From: a virus
Virus record (IMG/VR): IMGVR_UViG_3300017917_003446
Span: 32,001 to 96,000 of that record
Reading direction: 5' to 3' (one strand)
DNA: 64,000 nt
The translations under genes were made by a program, and so were the position numbers. Under the pieces are notes generated by a model. That model saw only the letters and a program-made list of their open reading frames with translations, had not been told where the DNA came from and made no database searches. This document shows, in pieces, positions 48,260-58,322 of the stretch (its first letter is position 1; each line of letters starts with the position of its first letter).

Positions 48260-49968
48260 TAAGATTCACTAGAATAAGATGGCGTAATTTTTTATCTACG
48301 GGCAATCAGTTTACAGAAATACAACTGAATAAAAATCCCACAACACTTATAATAGGCGAGAATGGCGCAGGTAAAAGTACTATTCTCGATGCTATTTGTT
48401 TTGGTCTTTTCGGTAAGGCATTTAGGAACATTAATAAACCACAACTTGTTAATTCTATTAATCAAAAGAATTGTACTGTAGAAGTAGAATTCATTATAGG
48501 TAAAAAAGAATATAGAATAGTTAGGGGTATGAAACCTGGTGTATTTGAAATATATCAAGATGGTACTATTATAAGCCAGGAAGCAGCTAATAGAGATTAT
48601 CAGAAATATCTTGAAGACAAAATACTTAAACTAAACTATAAGTCTTTTACTCAGATTGTTATACTTGGGTCTGCATCTTTCACACCCTTTATGCAACTAT
48701 CGTTAGGAAATAGACGAGAGATTATTGAGGATATATTAGATATACAAATATTTACAGTAATGAATTCTATTCTCAAAAATAGAATGATAGATCTAAAAGA
48801 AGAATTGAGAACATTAGACGCTATAATAGAGATAGGAAAACAGAAAGTAAAACTTCAAACTGATTATATCAAACAACTTGAGGAAGATCAGAAGAAACGA
48901 GAAGCAGATGCACAACTTGCCATTATACAATCACAAGCAAATATTAATAAGCTACAAGAAGAGGCAGAGAAGTTGGTTAAAGATCTCGAGACTCTCAAAG
49001 AATCAACCAGGGATGAGCAGACTGTCTCGCAAAGAAGAACTGAGATGGTTACTTTACTTAAATCACTCACTCAGCGTATCGACTCTGCCCGGGATCAGAT
49101 TACCTTCTACGAAGAACATGATAATTGTCCAACATGCGCTCAATCACTTACAGGAGAGCTTAAAGATACAGCGATTGAGAAACACTCGCATAAAATCGAA
49201 GAAATCAACGCAGCACTTGACTCGCTTAATAACAAAATCTCAGAAGTTGAAACAAGAATTGATGAGATATCTGCTATCAAGAACTCAATTGCCGATATAC
49301 AAGATTCGATCGTTGACACTAACAGCAAAATCATCAGCGAGCAAACTTTTATCCGCAAGATACAAACAGAAGCAGAGAGATCGATTGATTCAGAGAACAG
49401 TTTGGCTAGTGCTAAATCAACCCTCAAGGACCTTGCCAAAGAGGTTGTATCGTCGGCAGAAAGTAAAAGTAAGCTTAAAGAGAACTCGTATTATTTTGAA
49501 GCCTGTGCCACGCTACTCAAGGATACTGGAATCAAGACTAGAATTATAAAACAGTATCTTCCTGTCATAAACAAATTGGTAAATAAATATTTAAACGCCA
49601 TGGACTTTTTTGTTTCATTTGAGTTGGATGAAGCATTTAATGAAACAATCAAGTCAAGACACAGAGATGACTTTAGTTATGCTTCATTTAGTGAGGGCGA
49701 GAAACAAAGAATTGATCTTGCATTATTATTTACTTGGCGCACTATTGCTAAAATGAAAAATAGTGCTGCAACTAATCTACTGTTACTAGATGAAATATTT
49801 GATAGTAGCCTTGATGCTATGGGTACAGAGTTTGTTATGACTCTTCTAAACACTATAGGTGATGATATAAATGTATTTGTGATTTCTCATAAGGGAGATC
49901 AACTTATAGATAAATTTGGTCATCTTATAAAATTTGAGAAACATCAAAACTTTAGTAGGATTGTATAA
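48256..49968 (+). CDS. gp46: Recombination ATPase gp46 (Rad50/SbcC-like)
   Basis: GENGAGKST, CPTC zinc hook, FSEGEKQRIDLAL, LDEIFDSSLD, ISHK. Confidence 0.96.
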   Translation: MIRFTRIRWRNFLSTGNQFTEIQLNKNPTTLIIGENGAGKSTILDAICFGLFGKAFRNINKPQLVNSINQKNCTVEVEFIIGKKEYRIVRGMKPGVFEIYQDGTIISQEAANRDYQKYLEDKILKLNYKSFTQIVILGSASFTPFMQLSLGNRREIIEDILDIQIFTVMNSILKNRMIDLKEELRTLDAIIEIGKQKVKLQTDYIKQLEEDQKKREADAQLAIIQSQANINKLQEEAEKLVKDLETLKESTRDEQTVSQRRTEMVTLLKSLTQRIDSARDQITFYEEHDNCPTCAQSLTGELKDTAIEKHSHKIEEINAALDSLNNKISEVETRIDEISAIKNSIADIQDSIVDTNSKIISEQTFIRKIQTEAERSIDSENSLASAKSTLKDLAKEVVSSAESKSKLKENSYYFEACATLLKDTGIKTRIIKQYLPVINKLVNKYLNAMDFFVSFELDEAFNETIKSRHRDDFSYASFSEGEKQRIDLALLFTWRTIAKMKNSAATNLLLLDEIFDSSLDAMGTEFVMTLLNTIGDDINVFVISHKGDQLIDKFGHLIKFEKHQNFSRIV

Positions 49969-50561
49969 TGCTTATTCGTAAAAGTCAATTACAACTTGTG
50001 AAACCCGAAGATCCTATATTACATAAAGTGCCTGCTCCTTATGTGTTTGAGGACTACGAGGATACTACAGAGTTATTTGCTAATCTAATGTTTGATAGAA
50101 TGCAAGAACTAAAAGGTATGGGTTTAGCTGCAAATCAAGTGGGTGTAAATACTCAATTTTTTACTATGGGTGTAGATGTACTTCGTATTGATGTATTCAA
50201 TCCTAAGATTGTTTCAATGAGCGGAGAAGTAACAACAGAAGAAGGATGCTTAACTTATCCTGGGATTTTTCTACAAATTAAAAGACCATTGAATATAGGT
50301 GTTGAATTTCAAAATGTCAAAGGTGAACTGGTAAAGATGAATCTTACTGGTCTAACTGCGAGAATATTTCTACATGAATATGATCATCTTATGGGCAAAA
50401 CATTTAAGGAAAAGGTATCTAATCTTAAATGGTCACTTGCTAATAAGAAGCTTAAGAATGTAAGAGATAAACTTAAGAAAGAAATAAGACAACGATACAT
50501 TGTCGACACTTATAAGGAAATGTCAAATGTCGCAAGTAGTGTTACAGGAGTACGAGAATAG
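49968..50561 (+). CDS. def: Peptide deformylase
   Basis: GMGLAANQVG, EGCLT, HEYDHL motifs. Confidence 0.9.
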   Translation: MLIRKSQLQLVKPEDPILHKVPAPYVFEDYEDTTELFANLMFDRMQELKGMGLAANQVGVNTQFFTMGVDVLRIDVFNPKIVSMSGEVTTEEGCLTYPGIFLQIKRPLNIGVEFQNVKGELVKMNLTGLTARIFLHEYDHLMGKTFKEKVSNLKWSLANKKLKNVRDKLKKEIRQRYIVDTYKEMSNVASSVTGVRE

Positions 50562-50943
50562 TTTTGATTTCGGATTTACCGCAGTTGATTCAGAAGAATC
50601 AATAGTAGAAAAACCTGTAGTAAACACGCAGGAGATAGTACAGCCAGTATCTGACGAAATAGCTGCACTTAAGACAACCATAGATGCAATTTATGGAAAA
50701 TTGGACAGTCTTGAGGAAGTCATATTGGCAGGCTCTGGTTCATCGTTTGATATCGATTCTTATAAAGGTCTTGTTGATAAGGAAGCAACAGCAAAACTCA
50801 AAGCAGTAGAGGGTTTAATTATGCCTCTTTTAGTTAATCTTATGAAAAATCCTACGAAAGATTACATCAAGTGGCCAAATAGAGTACCTGTTATTGAAGC
50901 GCAGATAGCCAAAATTTTAGCAATAACACGCCCATCTTCGTAA
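50527..50943 (+). CDS. Conserved hypothetical protein
   Basis: FDFGFTAVD..LIMPLL.NL.KNP.KDYI.WPNR; function unknown. Confidence 0.55.
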   Translation: MSQVVLQEYENSFDFGFTAVDSEESIVEKPVVNTQEIVQPVSDEIAALKTTIDAIYGKLDSLEEVILAGSGSSFDIDSYKGLVDKEATAKLKAVEGLIMPLLVNLMKNPTKDYIKWPNRVPVIEAQIAKILAITRPSS

Positions 50944-50993
50944 GTCGTTGAATTCAAAATACATTTTTTCTGACGTATACTTTTAAAAAAGTA

Positions 50994-51022
50994 TTGACAC
51001 CTGTTACTTTTACATATATAAT
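50994..51022 (+). promoter_or_regulatory. Consensus sigma70 (early) promoter
   Basis: TTGACA-17 nt-TATAAT with an A/T-rich upstream tract; GAGGAG Shine-Dalgarno follows. Confidence 0.85.
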
Positions 51023-51045
51023 TATGTATATCGTGAGGAGTCCAG

Positions 51046-53187
51046 ATGTCCATCAACAATATTTCCAATCAAAAGTCTGTGCTGGCAAAGTTGCTAGCAC
51101 AAGAGAATCTCACTGTAGAACATAAAAAGGTTCCTACAGCATATTTTGATCCCAAGAATAGAATCCTGTGCCTTCCTATTTGGAAAGATATGTCTGCTGA
51201 CGTTTATGATTTATTAGTAGGTCATGAAGTCGGTCATGCTTGGGAAACGCCACCAGAAGGTTGGCATAGCGCTATTGAAGAAAAGGGTAAAGCATTCAAG
51301 TCTTTTCTTAATGTAGTAGAAGATGCTCGTATTGAAAAGCTAATAAAGAGCAGATATCCCGGTCTTAAAGCACCTATGTATCGGGGCTACAAAGAATTAT
51401 TTGATCAAGATTTTTTCGGTGTACGAGATCGTGACATTACTAGATTAAATTTAATTGATCGCTTGAATATCCATTTTAAGCTTGGTTCTCTTATGAATGT
51501 TCCGTTTGAAGAGGAGGAGGAACATTTCGTAACTAGAATGGACAACCTGCGTTCATGGGAAGATGTTTACACGTTGGCATGCGAGCTCTTTCAATATGTG
51601 AAAGAAAATCCAACTACTAATTTTGATGATCTCGAAGATGGTGAAATGCAGTATTCAGAAGATTGGGATGATGATGCAGATTATGATGAATTAGATGAGG
51701 ATGAAGCAACTAGTATACGTGGTAATAAGGCTTCTAAGGGTGGAGAAGATCCTGAATCATTAACTGACAAATCTTTTAGAGAAAAAGAAAAATCATTATT
51801 GGCAAGTGATATGCACCCATATGTCTATACTAATCTTAATACTGTGGACATAAAGGATTTCGTTATTCCTCACAGTGTTGTCTATACAAGAGTTGATTTT
51901 TCTTCGTTTGATAATTATTCAGAGTTTGCTCAAGCTAATTTACACGGCGATCCAAGTGTCCCAGAATTTATTGCAGAATTAAATGTATTTGATTCAGCAG
52001 CACTATTTTATGAGTATAGAACAAGAAATACTAAATTTATTGCTTATCTTGTTAAAGAATTTGAACTTCGCAGAAATGCTGCACAATATGCAAGAGCAAG
52101 TGTAGCTAAAACTGGGGAATTAGATACTGAAAAGGTATGGTCATACAAATTAAAGGATGACCTATTCAAACGAGTTACTAAGATTCCTTTGGGTAAGAAT
52201 CACGGTATGATTATGTTCATAGATTGGTCTGGTTCTATGTCAGACAATATTACAAACACTATAGAACAGTTTTTAGTTCTTGGTGATTTCTGTAGAAAGG
52301 TAAATATACCGTTTGAAGTTTATGCATTTTCAGATCAAAGTATGAAGGCCTTTGCAAAATCTGATGAGGACGTGTACAGAAAAAGATTCTCCAGAAAAAA
52401 CAAAGATTTATATTTTGAAAATTCTCATTTTAAACTGTTGAATTTGCTTTCATCAACTATGAGTAATTCACAATACAGAACTGCTCAAGTTAGATTGTTG
52501 CAGTATGCTAAGGCTTCTGATAGAGATAAATTTAATAGTTTTAGTAGATTTAGATACCATGCTATTCCTAAAACATTGTCATTAGGTGGCACTCCTTTGA
52601 ATGAAGCTATTCTTTTAGCAAACTATATCGTCCCTGAGTATAAGCGTGTAAATAAAATTGACGTTATCAATACTATCTTTTTGACGGATGGTGAAGGTGT
52701 AGAAATAAATCACACATTTGACAATGATAGAATGTCTTCATTAAGATATCAAGCGCAATCTAATCTATATAATTTAGTTTTAAAAGACAAATCAACTAAT
52801 ATTTCGGTTACAGCTAAGCCCGGTGAACTTGTTACTTCAGCTCTCTTAAGAATGTTGAAAGCTAGATCTGGTACTAATCTTATTGGATATTTTATTACTA
52901 ATCGTAGTATTAAAAATACTTCTTTGAATCTTGCTACAAATTATGGCAATCCAGTAACACCAGAACAAGTGCAAGAAGAAATGAAAAAATCCAAATTCTA
53001 TAGTGTTAAAAATGTGGGGTATGATGAATACTTTGTTGTACAAAGTAAGGATCTTGAAATTCAAGAAGACAAACTTGAGGTGGAAGGTAATTTGAAACGC
53101 GATTATTTAAAAGCTTTTATGAAGAACCAAAAAGCTAAATTAATTAACCGTGTTCTTTTGAACAAGTTTATTGAACAAATCGCTTGA
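51046..53187 (+). CDS. CobT-like protein: HExxH metallopeptidase-like N-terminus and VWA domain
   Basis: GHEVGHA, NVVEDARIE, acidic linker, DWSGSM MIDAS, LGGTPL, FLTDGE. Confidence 0.75.
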   Translation: MSINNISNQKSVLAKLLAQENLTVEHKKVPTAYFDPKNRILCLPIWKDMSADVYDLLVGHEVGHAWETPPEGWHSAIEEKGKAFKSFLNVVEDARIEKLIKSRYPGLKAPMYRGYKELFDQDFFGVRDRDITRLNLIDRLNIHFKLGSLMNVPFEEEEEHFVTRMDNLRSWEDVYTLACELFQYVKENPTTNFDDLEDGEMQYSEDWDDDADYDELDEDEATSIRGNKASKGGEDPESLTDKSFREKEKSLLASDMHPYVYTNLNTVDIKDFVIPHSVVYTRVDFSSFDNYSEFAQANLHGDPSVPEFIAELNVFDSAALFYEYRTRNTKFIAYLVKEFELRRNAAQYARASVAKTGELDTEKVWSYKLKDDLFKRVTKIPLGKNHGMIMFIDWSGSMSDNITNTIEQFLVLGDFCRKVNIPFEVYAFSDQSMKAFAKSDEDVYRKRFSRKNKDLYFENSHFKLLNLLSSTMSNSQYRTAQVRLLQYAKASDRDKFNSFSRFRYHAIPKTLSLGGTPLNEAILLANYIVPEYKRVNKIDVINTIFLTDGEGVEINHTFDNDRMSSLRYQAQSNLYNLVLKDKSTNISVTAKPGELVTSALLRMLKARSGTNLIGYFITNRSIKNTSLNLATNYGNPVTPEQVQEEMKKSKFYSVKNVGYDEYFVVQSKDLEIQEDKLEVEGNLKRDYLKAFMKNQKAKLINRVLLNKFIEQIA

Positions 53188-53212
53188 CACAGTAATCAAA
53201 TTAATATATACT
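53184..53212 (+). promoter_or_regulatory. Sigma70 (early) promoter
   Basis: TTGACA-17 nt-TATACT upstream of the AAA ATPase; GAGGAG Shine-Dalgarno. Confidence 0.75.
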
Positions 53213-53240
53213 ATTGATATAATTGAGGAGTGACTTTAAC

Positions 53241-54413
53241 ATGAAACTATCAGATATCCAAAAACGCACTATTGTTTCCAGTCTTGCTACTATTTTCGGT
53301 AAGCAAGCAACCCGCAAAGACATCATTGATCATTTCAAAAATAAGAATGAATCTGTCCCTAATTGGTTGATCAACGGTGCTCAATATAGACTTGATCGAG
53401 GTCTTATTAATCTAGTTATGCCCTCAGATACCACACCTGTTATCCGGGAAGAATTAAAACAAGAAGAACTTGTGCCTGCCTTACAAGCACAAGTAGTTCC
53501 TATTCGACAAAAGAAAATGATACAGGAAGTAGATAATCTTGTACCTTCAAAAGATGAAACTTATGTTCCGTTTGGTTTCTTCAGGGATTTAGAATCAATT
53601 ATTAAATCAAATGCCTTCTATCCGTTATTCATTACTGGTCTAACAGGTAATGGCAAGACAACTATGGTCGAGCAGGTATGTGCCAAGTTGAAACGTGAGT
53701 GTATTCGAGTAAATATTAGTATCGAAACAGATGAGGATGACCTTGTAGGTGGTAATACTCTGGTTGATGGCAACGTAGTATTCCGTGAAGGTCCGGTTAT
53801 TACTGCAATGCGACGTGGTGCGATACTTCTTATAGATGAGATTGACCGTGGTAGTAATAAGCTTATGTGTATTCAGGGTATTCTTGAAGGCAAGTCATTC
53901 TTTATTAAGAAGACCGGGGAAGTAGTATCACCTAAAGCAGGTTTCAATATTATTGCAACTGCTAATACTAAAGGTCGTGGTACAGATGACGGCAAGTATA
54001 TTGCAGCACAGATTTTAGATGAGGCATTTCTTGAGCGTTTTCCTATTACTGTAGAACAAGAATACCCTAATCCGACTATTGAGCGCAAGATTATTATCAA
54101 TAACATGGAAGCGATCAATAACGTAGATGAAGAGTTTGCAGACAAGCTTGTATCCTGGGCTGAGATTATTCGTAAGACTTATATGGAAGGCGCAATAGAC
54201 GAACTTATTTCTACTCGACGTCTAGTTCATATTGTTAAGGCATTTTCTGTGTTTAAAGATAGACAAAAAGCGATTAATCTTTGTATCAATCGTTTTGATG
54301 CCGACACAAAGACTGCGTTTATGGATTTATACTCTAAGATGGACAATCCACCTGAGGAGAAAGTCGTCAGTGGAAACACCCAAGAAAATGTGAATGAAGA
54401 AATACCATTCTAA
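53241..54413 (+). CDS. CobS/MoxR-like AAA+ ATPase
   Basis: GLTGNGKT, ETDEDDL.GG, LLIDEID, ATANTKGRG, AFLERF, ISTRRLVHI. Confidence 0.88.
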   Translation: MKLSDIQKRTIVSSLATIFGKQATRKDIIDHFKNKNESVPNWLINGAQYRLDRGLINLVMPSDTTPVIREELKQEELVPALQAQVVPIRQKKMIQEVDNLVPSKDETYVPFGFFRDLESIIKSNAFYPLFITGLTGNGKTTMVEQVCAKLKRECIRVNISIETDEDDLVGGNTLVDGNVVFREGPVITAMRRGAILLIDEIDRGSNKLMCIQGILEGKSFFIKKTGEVVSPKAGFNIIATANTKGRGTDDGKYIAAQILDEAFLERFPITVEQEYPNPTIERKIIINNMEAINNVDEEFADKLVSWAEIIRKTYMEGAIDELISTRRLVHIVKAFSVFKDRQKAINLCINRFDADTKTAFMDLYSKMDNPPEEKVVSGNTQENVNEEIPF

Positions 54414-54427
54414 ATACTAAATAACTA

Positions 54428-54461
54428 ATGCCCCGGTTGGATCCCGGGGTGTCTTACTTTT
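54428..54461 (+). terminator. GC-rich hairpin, possible terminator
   Basis: GCCCCGG-TTGGATC-CCGGGGT followed by an imperfect T-rich tail. Confidence 0.45.
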
Positions 54462-54472
54462 TGGAGATACTT

Positions 54473-55000
54473 ATGGGAATGCTAAGTTTAGAGCTACTTA
54501 GTCAATATGCTGAGGGAGACACATTCATAGAGACAGGTACTTATATGGGTGATACTGTACAATTAGCATTGGATTATGGATTTAAAAATATTCACAGTAT
54601 AGAATTAAATTTAGATTTATATGGAACATGTGCTAAAAGATTTGAGGATAGAAATAATGTAAAAATTTGGCTAGGCGAATCTCAAGATAAAATAGATGAA
54701 ATTTTACAAACGCTTGAAGGTCAAGCTACATTTTGGTTAGATGCACATGCAAGTGGACCTTTACCTGGCGGTAGATTCGGCGGGTCTCCTTTGGTGCAAG
54801 AACTTAATAATATAGGTAAGCACCATGTAAAAAATCATGTTATTATCATAGATGATTGTAGGTTATTTGGAAGTGCAGAGTGGTCTGGTCTTAAGAAAGA
54901 ACAAGTTACAGATGCTCTGTTAGATATAAATAATAGATATCGAGTTACCTATGTAGATGGTGAAATTCCTGGAGATATTATGATTGCAAGAGTGATCTAA
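54473..55000 (+). CDS. SAM-dependent methyltransferase-like protein
   Basis: FIETGT..G, SIEL, GES, FWLDAH, IIDD.R. Confidence 0.6.
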   Translation: MGMLSLELLSQYAEGDTFIETGTYMGDTVQLALDYGFKNIHSIELNLDLYGTCAKRFEDRNNVKIWLGESQDKIDEILQTLEGQATFWLDAHASGPLPGGRFGGSPLVQELNNIGKHHVKNHVIIIDDCRLFGSAEWSGLKKEQVTDALLDINNRYRVTYVDGEIPGDIMIARVI

Positions 55001-55932
55001 TGCAAGAAAAAAGCAAAATATTCGTAGCTGGCCATAAGGGAATGGTAGGGTCTTCTTTGGTAAGAAGACTTCAGTATCATGGTTATATGAACATCAAAGG
55101 TGTGAATAAATCTACCTTAGATCTTACTAATCAAAAAGAAACCAGAGAATATTTTGAAGAAGAACAATTTGATTACGTGTTTTTAGCTGCGGCTAAGGTG
55201 GGAGGTATTATAGCAAATAGTACCTATCCAGCAGAATTTATTTACAATAATCTTCAAATACAAAACAACATTATTCATAGTTCGTATTTGACGAACGTAA
55301 AGAAGCTATTGTTCTTAGGATCATCTTGTATCTATCCTAAGATGGCACCGCAACCTATGCAAGAAAAGGATTTACTGTCTGGGTATCTTGAACCTTCTAA
55401 CGAAGCATATGCGCTTGCTAAGATAGCAGGATTAAAAATGTGCCAGTTCTACAATAAGCAATATCAAAGCAAATTTATTTCTTGTATGCCATGTAATCTT
55501 TATGGTGTCAATGATAATTTTCATCCAGAAAATAGTCATGTTATACCTGGTTTGATTCGTCGTTTTTTAGAAGCAAGAAAAAATAATTTAGAATCGGTAT
55601 CATGTTGGGGAACAGGTTCTCCGATGCGAGAATTTCTTTTTGTGGATGATCTTGCTGATGCTTGTATTTTATTAATGAATAAGTATGAAGATTACTCTGA
55701 AACTATTAACATAGGGTCAGGTGAGGAAATTTCCATAAAAGAACTAGTTGAACTTGTAGCTTCTATTATTAGATATGAGGGTAAAATAGAATGGGATACT
55801 AGCAAACCTGACGGCCATCCAAGAAAAGTTATGGATGTTTCTAAAATTAAAAATTTAGGTTGGTCTCCCAAGTTTAATTTAAAGAATGGAATTACTACAT
55901 CTGTTGCTTGGTATCTAATGAATCAGTTATGA
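55000..55932 (+). CDS. fcl: GDP-L-fucose synthase
   Basis: VAGHKGMVGS, LAAAKVGGI.AN, FLGSSCIYPK, YALAKIAG, MPCNLYG.NDNF, WGTGSP.REFL.VDDLA. Confidence 0.95.
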   Translation: MQEKSKIFVAGHKGMVGSSLVRRLQYHGYMNIKGVNKSTLDLTNQKETREYFEEEQFDYVFLAAAKVGGIIANSTYPAEFIYNNLQIQNNIIHSSYLTNVKKLLFLGSSCIYPKMAPQPMQEKDLLSGYLEPSNEAYALAKIAGLKMCQFYNKQYQSKFISCMPCNLYGVNDNFHPENSHVIPGLIRRFLEARKNNLESVSCWGTGSPMREFLFVDDLADACILLMNKYEDYSETINIGSGEEISIKELVELVASIIRYEGKIEWDTSKPDGHPRKVMDVSKIKNLGWSPKFNLKNGITTSVAWYLMNQL

Positions 55933-56807
55933 AAAAATTAAAAATTCAATTTATAGACACATGGGATGCATGTGTTCAGTTTTTTGTAGATGTTCTTAGT
56001 AATCGTTATGATATAGAAATAACTAATGATGCAGAGTTTTTACTATTCTGCGATGAAAATTTTGGCAATGGTAATTTAGTTTATTCTAAAAATGATATTA
56101 CTAAAGTTTTATTCACCGGTGAGAATAGAAGACCTGAAAATTATGATTGCCATTATGCTATAACTTTTGATCATAATCATAGTCCATGGCATTATAGATT
56201 ACCATTATATGTGATGGATATGTGGGCAATTGAAGTATTTCATAAAATGGCAAGTAGACCGTATGGTTATTTGTTTCAAAAAAATATAGTAAACGTAACC
56301 AATAAAACAGATTTTTGCGCATTCGTTCATAGAAATCCCAACAATCCTATCAGAAATAATTTCTTTAAAAAATTAAACAGTATAAAAACAGTTAATAGCG
56401 CAGGCAAACTTTATAATAACACTGGATTAGATTTACCAGATGTACCGTCAAAAATAGATTATTTTACTAAGCACAAATTTAGTTTATGCTTTGAAAATTC
56501 ATCTCATCCTGGATATGTAACTGAAAAAATTCTACATGGTTTTTATGGTAATACTATTCCTATTTACTGGGGATCTAAAACTATAGCAAAAGATTTTAAT
56601 CCTGGTTCGTATCTAAATTATTTTGATTTTAGAAATGAAGATGAACTGATACAAAAGATTTTGGAGATTGATTCTAATGATAATTTGTACAACAGAATAG
56701 TAAACACGCCCAAGTTTTTATATAATATTCCTAACGAATGTGTTATACTTAATAATTTTTTAAACTGGTTTGATGCAGTAGTTTACGAGAAAAGATATTC
56801 AAAATGA
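55929..56807 (+). CDS. Alpha-1,3/4-fucosyltransferase (GT10)
   Basis: FTGEN.RP, FCAFV..NP, KFSLCFENSSHPGYVTEKI..TIPIYWG (GT10 signature). Confidence 0.85.
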   Translation: MKKLKIQFIDTWDACVQFFVDVLSNRYDIEITNDAEFLLFCDENFGNGNLVYSKNDITKVLFTGENRRPENYDCHYAITFDHNHSPWHYRLPLYVMDMWAIEVFHKMASRPYGYLFQKNIVNVTNKTDFCAFVHRNPNNPIRNNFFKKLNSIKTVNSAGKLYNNTGLDLPDVPSKIDYFTKHKFSLCFENSSHPGYVTEKILHGFYGNTIPIYWGSKTIAKDFNPGSYLNYFDFRNEDELIQKILEIDSNDNLYNRIVNTPKFLYNIPNECVILNNFLNWFDAVVYEKRYSK

Positions 56808-57625
56808 AAGATTTAGTTATAGGCGGGTTCACTAGATATGGTTGGGATCAACTTAAAAATTGGGTATTGTCTCTAAAAGATACCGGATATTCAGGTGATA
56901 TAGTTCTAGTAGCATTTGAAACAGATCAGGGAACTATAGACAAACTAACAGAACATGGAGTAGAAGTTATACCGGTAAACAAGGAGCTGAACTACAGAAG
57001 CAAAATACCTATACATGTTGAACGCTTTGTATTCATGTATCATAATATAAAAAATAGAAAATATAGATATGTGCTTACAACTGATGTCAAAGATGTAATT
57101 TTTCAAACTAATCCTTTTTATTGGGTAGAACACAATTTAAAAAATAAAAAGGTAGTTATATCTTCTGAAAGTTTAAAGTACAAAGATGAACCCTGGGGTA
57201 ATGAAAATTTATTGCAGACTTTTGGTAAGTATATTTACAATGAGTTTTCAAATAAGGAGATCTTTAATGTCGGAGTGATTGCTGGCGAATATGAATATGT
57301 CAAAGACTTAATGCTACAATTATTTGTAATGTCAATAAACAGACCTATACCCATTGTAGATCAAGCTACATTCAATTTTTTAATGCATACCGAACCATGG
57401 TTGTCAGTAACTAAACGAGTTAGATCTGAGGATGGGTGGGCATGCCAATTAGGTACTACTATGGATCCGAATAAAATTGATGCATTTAGACCTTATCTTT
57501 TAGAAACAGAACCTAAAGTCCGCAACGGATTAGTTTTTACCAACAAAGATATAAAGTACCACATTGTTCATCAATATGATAGAATACCTTCCTTAAAAAA
57601 ATATATAGATGAAAAATATTCTTAA
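56804..57625 (+). CDS. Putative glycosyltransferase (GT-A)
   Basis: VERF..VLTTDVKDVIFQ.NPF, NVGVIAG, DQA.FN, IVHQYDR. Confidence 0.6.
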   Translation: MKDLVIGGFTRYGWDQLKNWVLSLKDTGYSGDIVLVAFETDQGTIDKLTEHGVEVIPVNKELNYRSKIPIHVERFVFMYHNIKNRKYRYVLTTDVKDVIFQTNPFYWVEHNLKNKKVVISSESLKYKDEPWGNENLLQTFGKYIYNEFSNKEIFNVGVIAGEYEYVKDLMLQLFVMSINRPIPIVDQATFNFLMHTEPWLSVTKRVRSEDGWACQLGTTMDPNKIDAFRPYLLETEPKVRNGLVFTNKDIKYHIVHQYDRIPSLKKYIDEKYS

Positions 57626-58322
57626 AATTGCTTGTTGCATTTCAGGACAGCCTCGATCTTATAAAATTGGGCATGAATACATACGAAAAAATTTATTAGA
57701 TGTCTATGATGTGGATGTCTTTTATCATACTTGGTTCAACGATACTGTTGACTTTGATGAAATAGAACATTTATACGAACCTAAAAATTTAGTAGTGGAA
57801 AAACCTTTGCCTAACGTATATGTAGAAAAATATCCAAGAATACCTGGTCCTAAATTTCCTGCATATTTTACAGTATCAGCATTTTATTCTATATACACCG
57901 CAAATCTTTTAAAGCAACAATATGAAAAAGAAAATAATTTTGAATATGATTGGGTAGTAAGAATAAGATTCGATTATGCTTTAAATGGTGATCCTGATTT
58001 CTTAACTAAAGATAACACCAAACTTTATATTCCTAATTGTAGAATAGTGCCTGAAAGAAATTTTGGCAATGATCAGTTTGCTATGAGTTCGTCAAAAAAT
58101 ATTGACAAATATTCAAGTACACATACACACCTTGATGAATTTTATAATAAAGGTACTACTATGATAGGTGAGGATATGTTAAAAGAAAATTTGATATATC
58201 ATAATCTTGTTGGTGAAAATTTAGTCTATATGGATATGAATAATCCTTTTCCTCCTGGTCCTCATAACGGTACCTGGCATTCATTAATAAGAGAAGATTA
58301 TGAAAATTGGACCGCCAGTTAA
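57609..58322 (+). CDS. Hypothetical sugar-modifying protein
   Basis: IACCISGQPR..DVF.HTW..YDWVVRIRFD..NDQFA pattern seen in polysaccharide loci. Confidence 0.5.
   Translation: MKNILKIACCISGQPRSYKIGHEYIRKNLLDVYDVDVFYHTWFNDTVDFDEIEHLYEPKNLVVEKPLPNVYVEKYPRIPGPKFPAYFTVSAFYSIYTANLLKQQYEKENNFEYDWVVRIRFDYALNGDPDFLTKDNTKLYIPNCRIVPERNFGNDQFAMSSSKNIDKYSSTHTHLDEFYNKGTTMIGEDMLKENLIYHNLVGENLVYMDMNNPFPPGPHNGTWHSLIREDYENWTAS

Noticed and set aside
51046-54413. Cobalamin biosynthesis (cobS/cobT) annotation
   Set aside because: No cobN or other cob genes are present; the motifs support only a generic MoxR AAA+/VWA pair.
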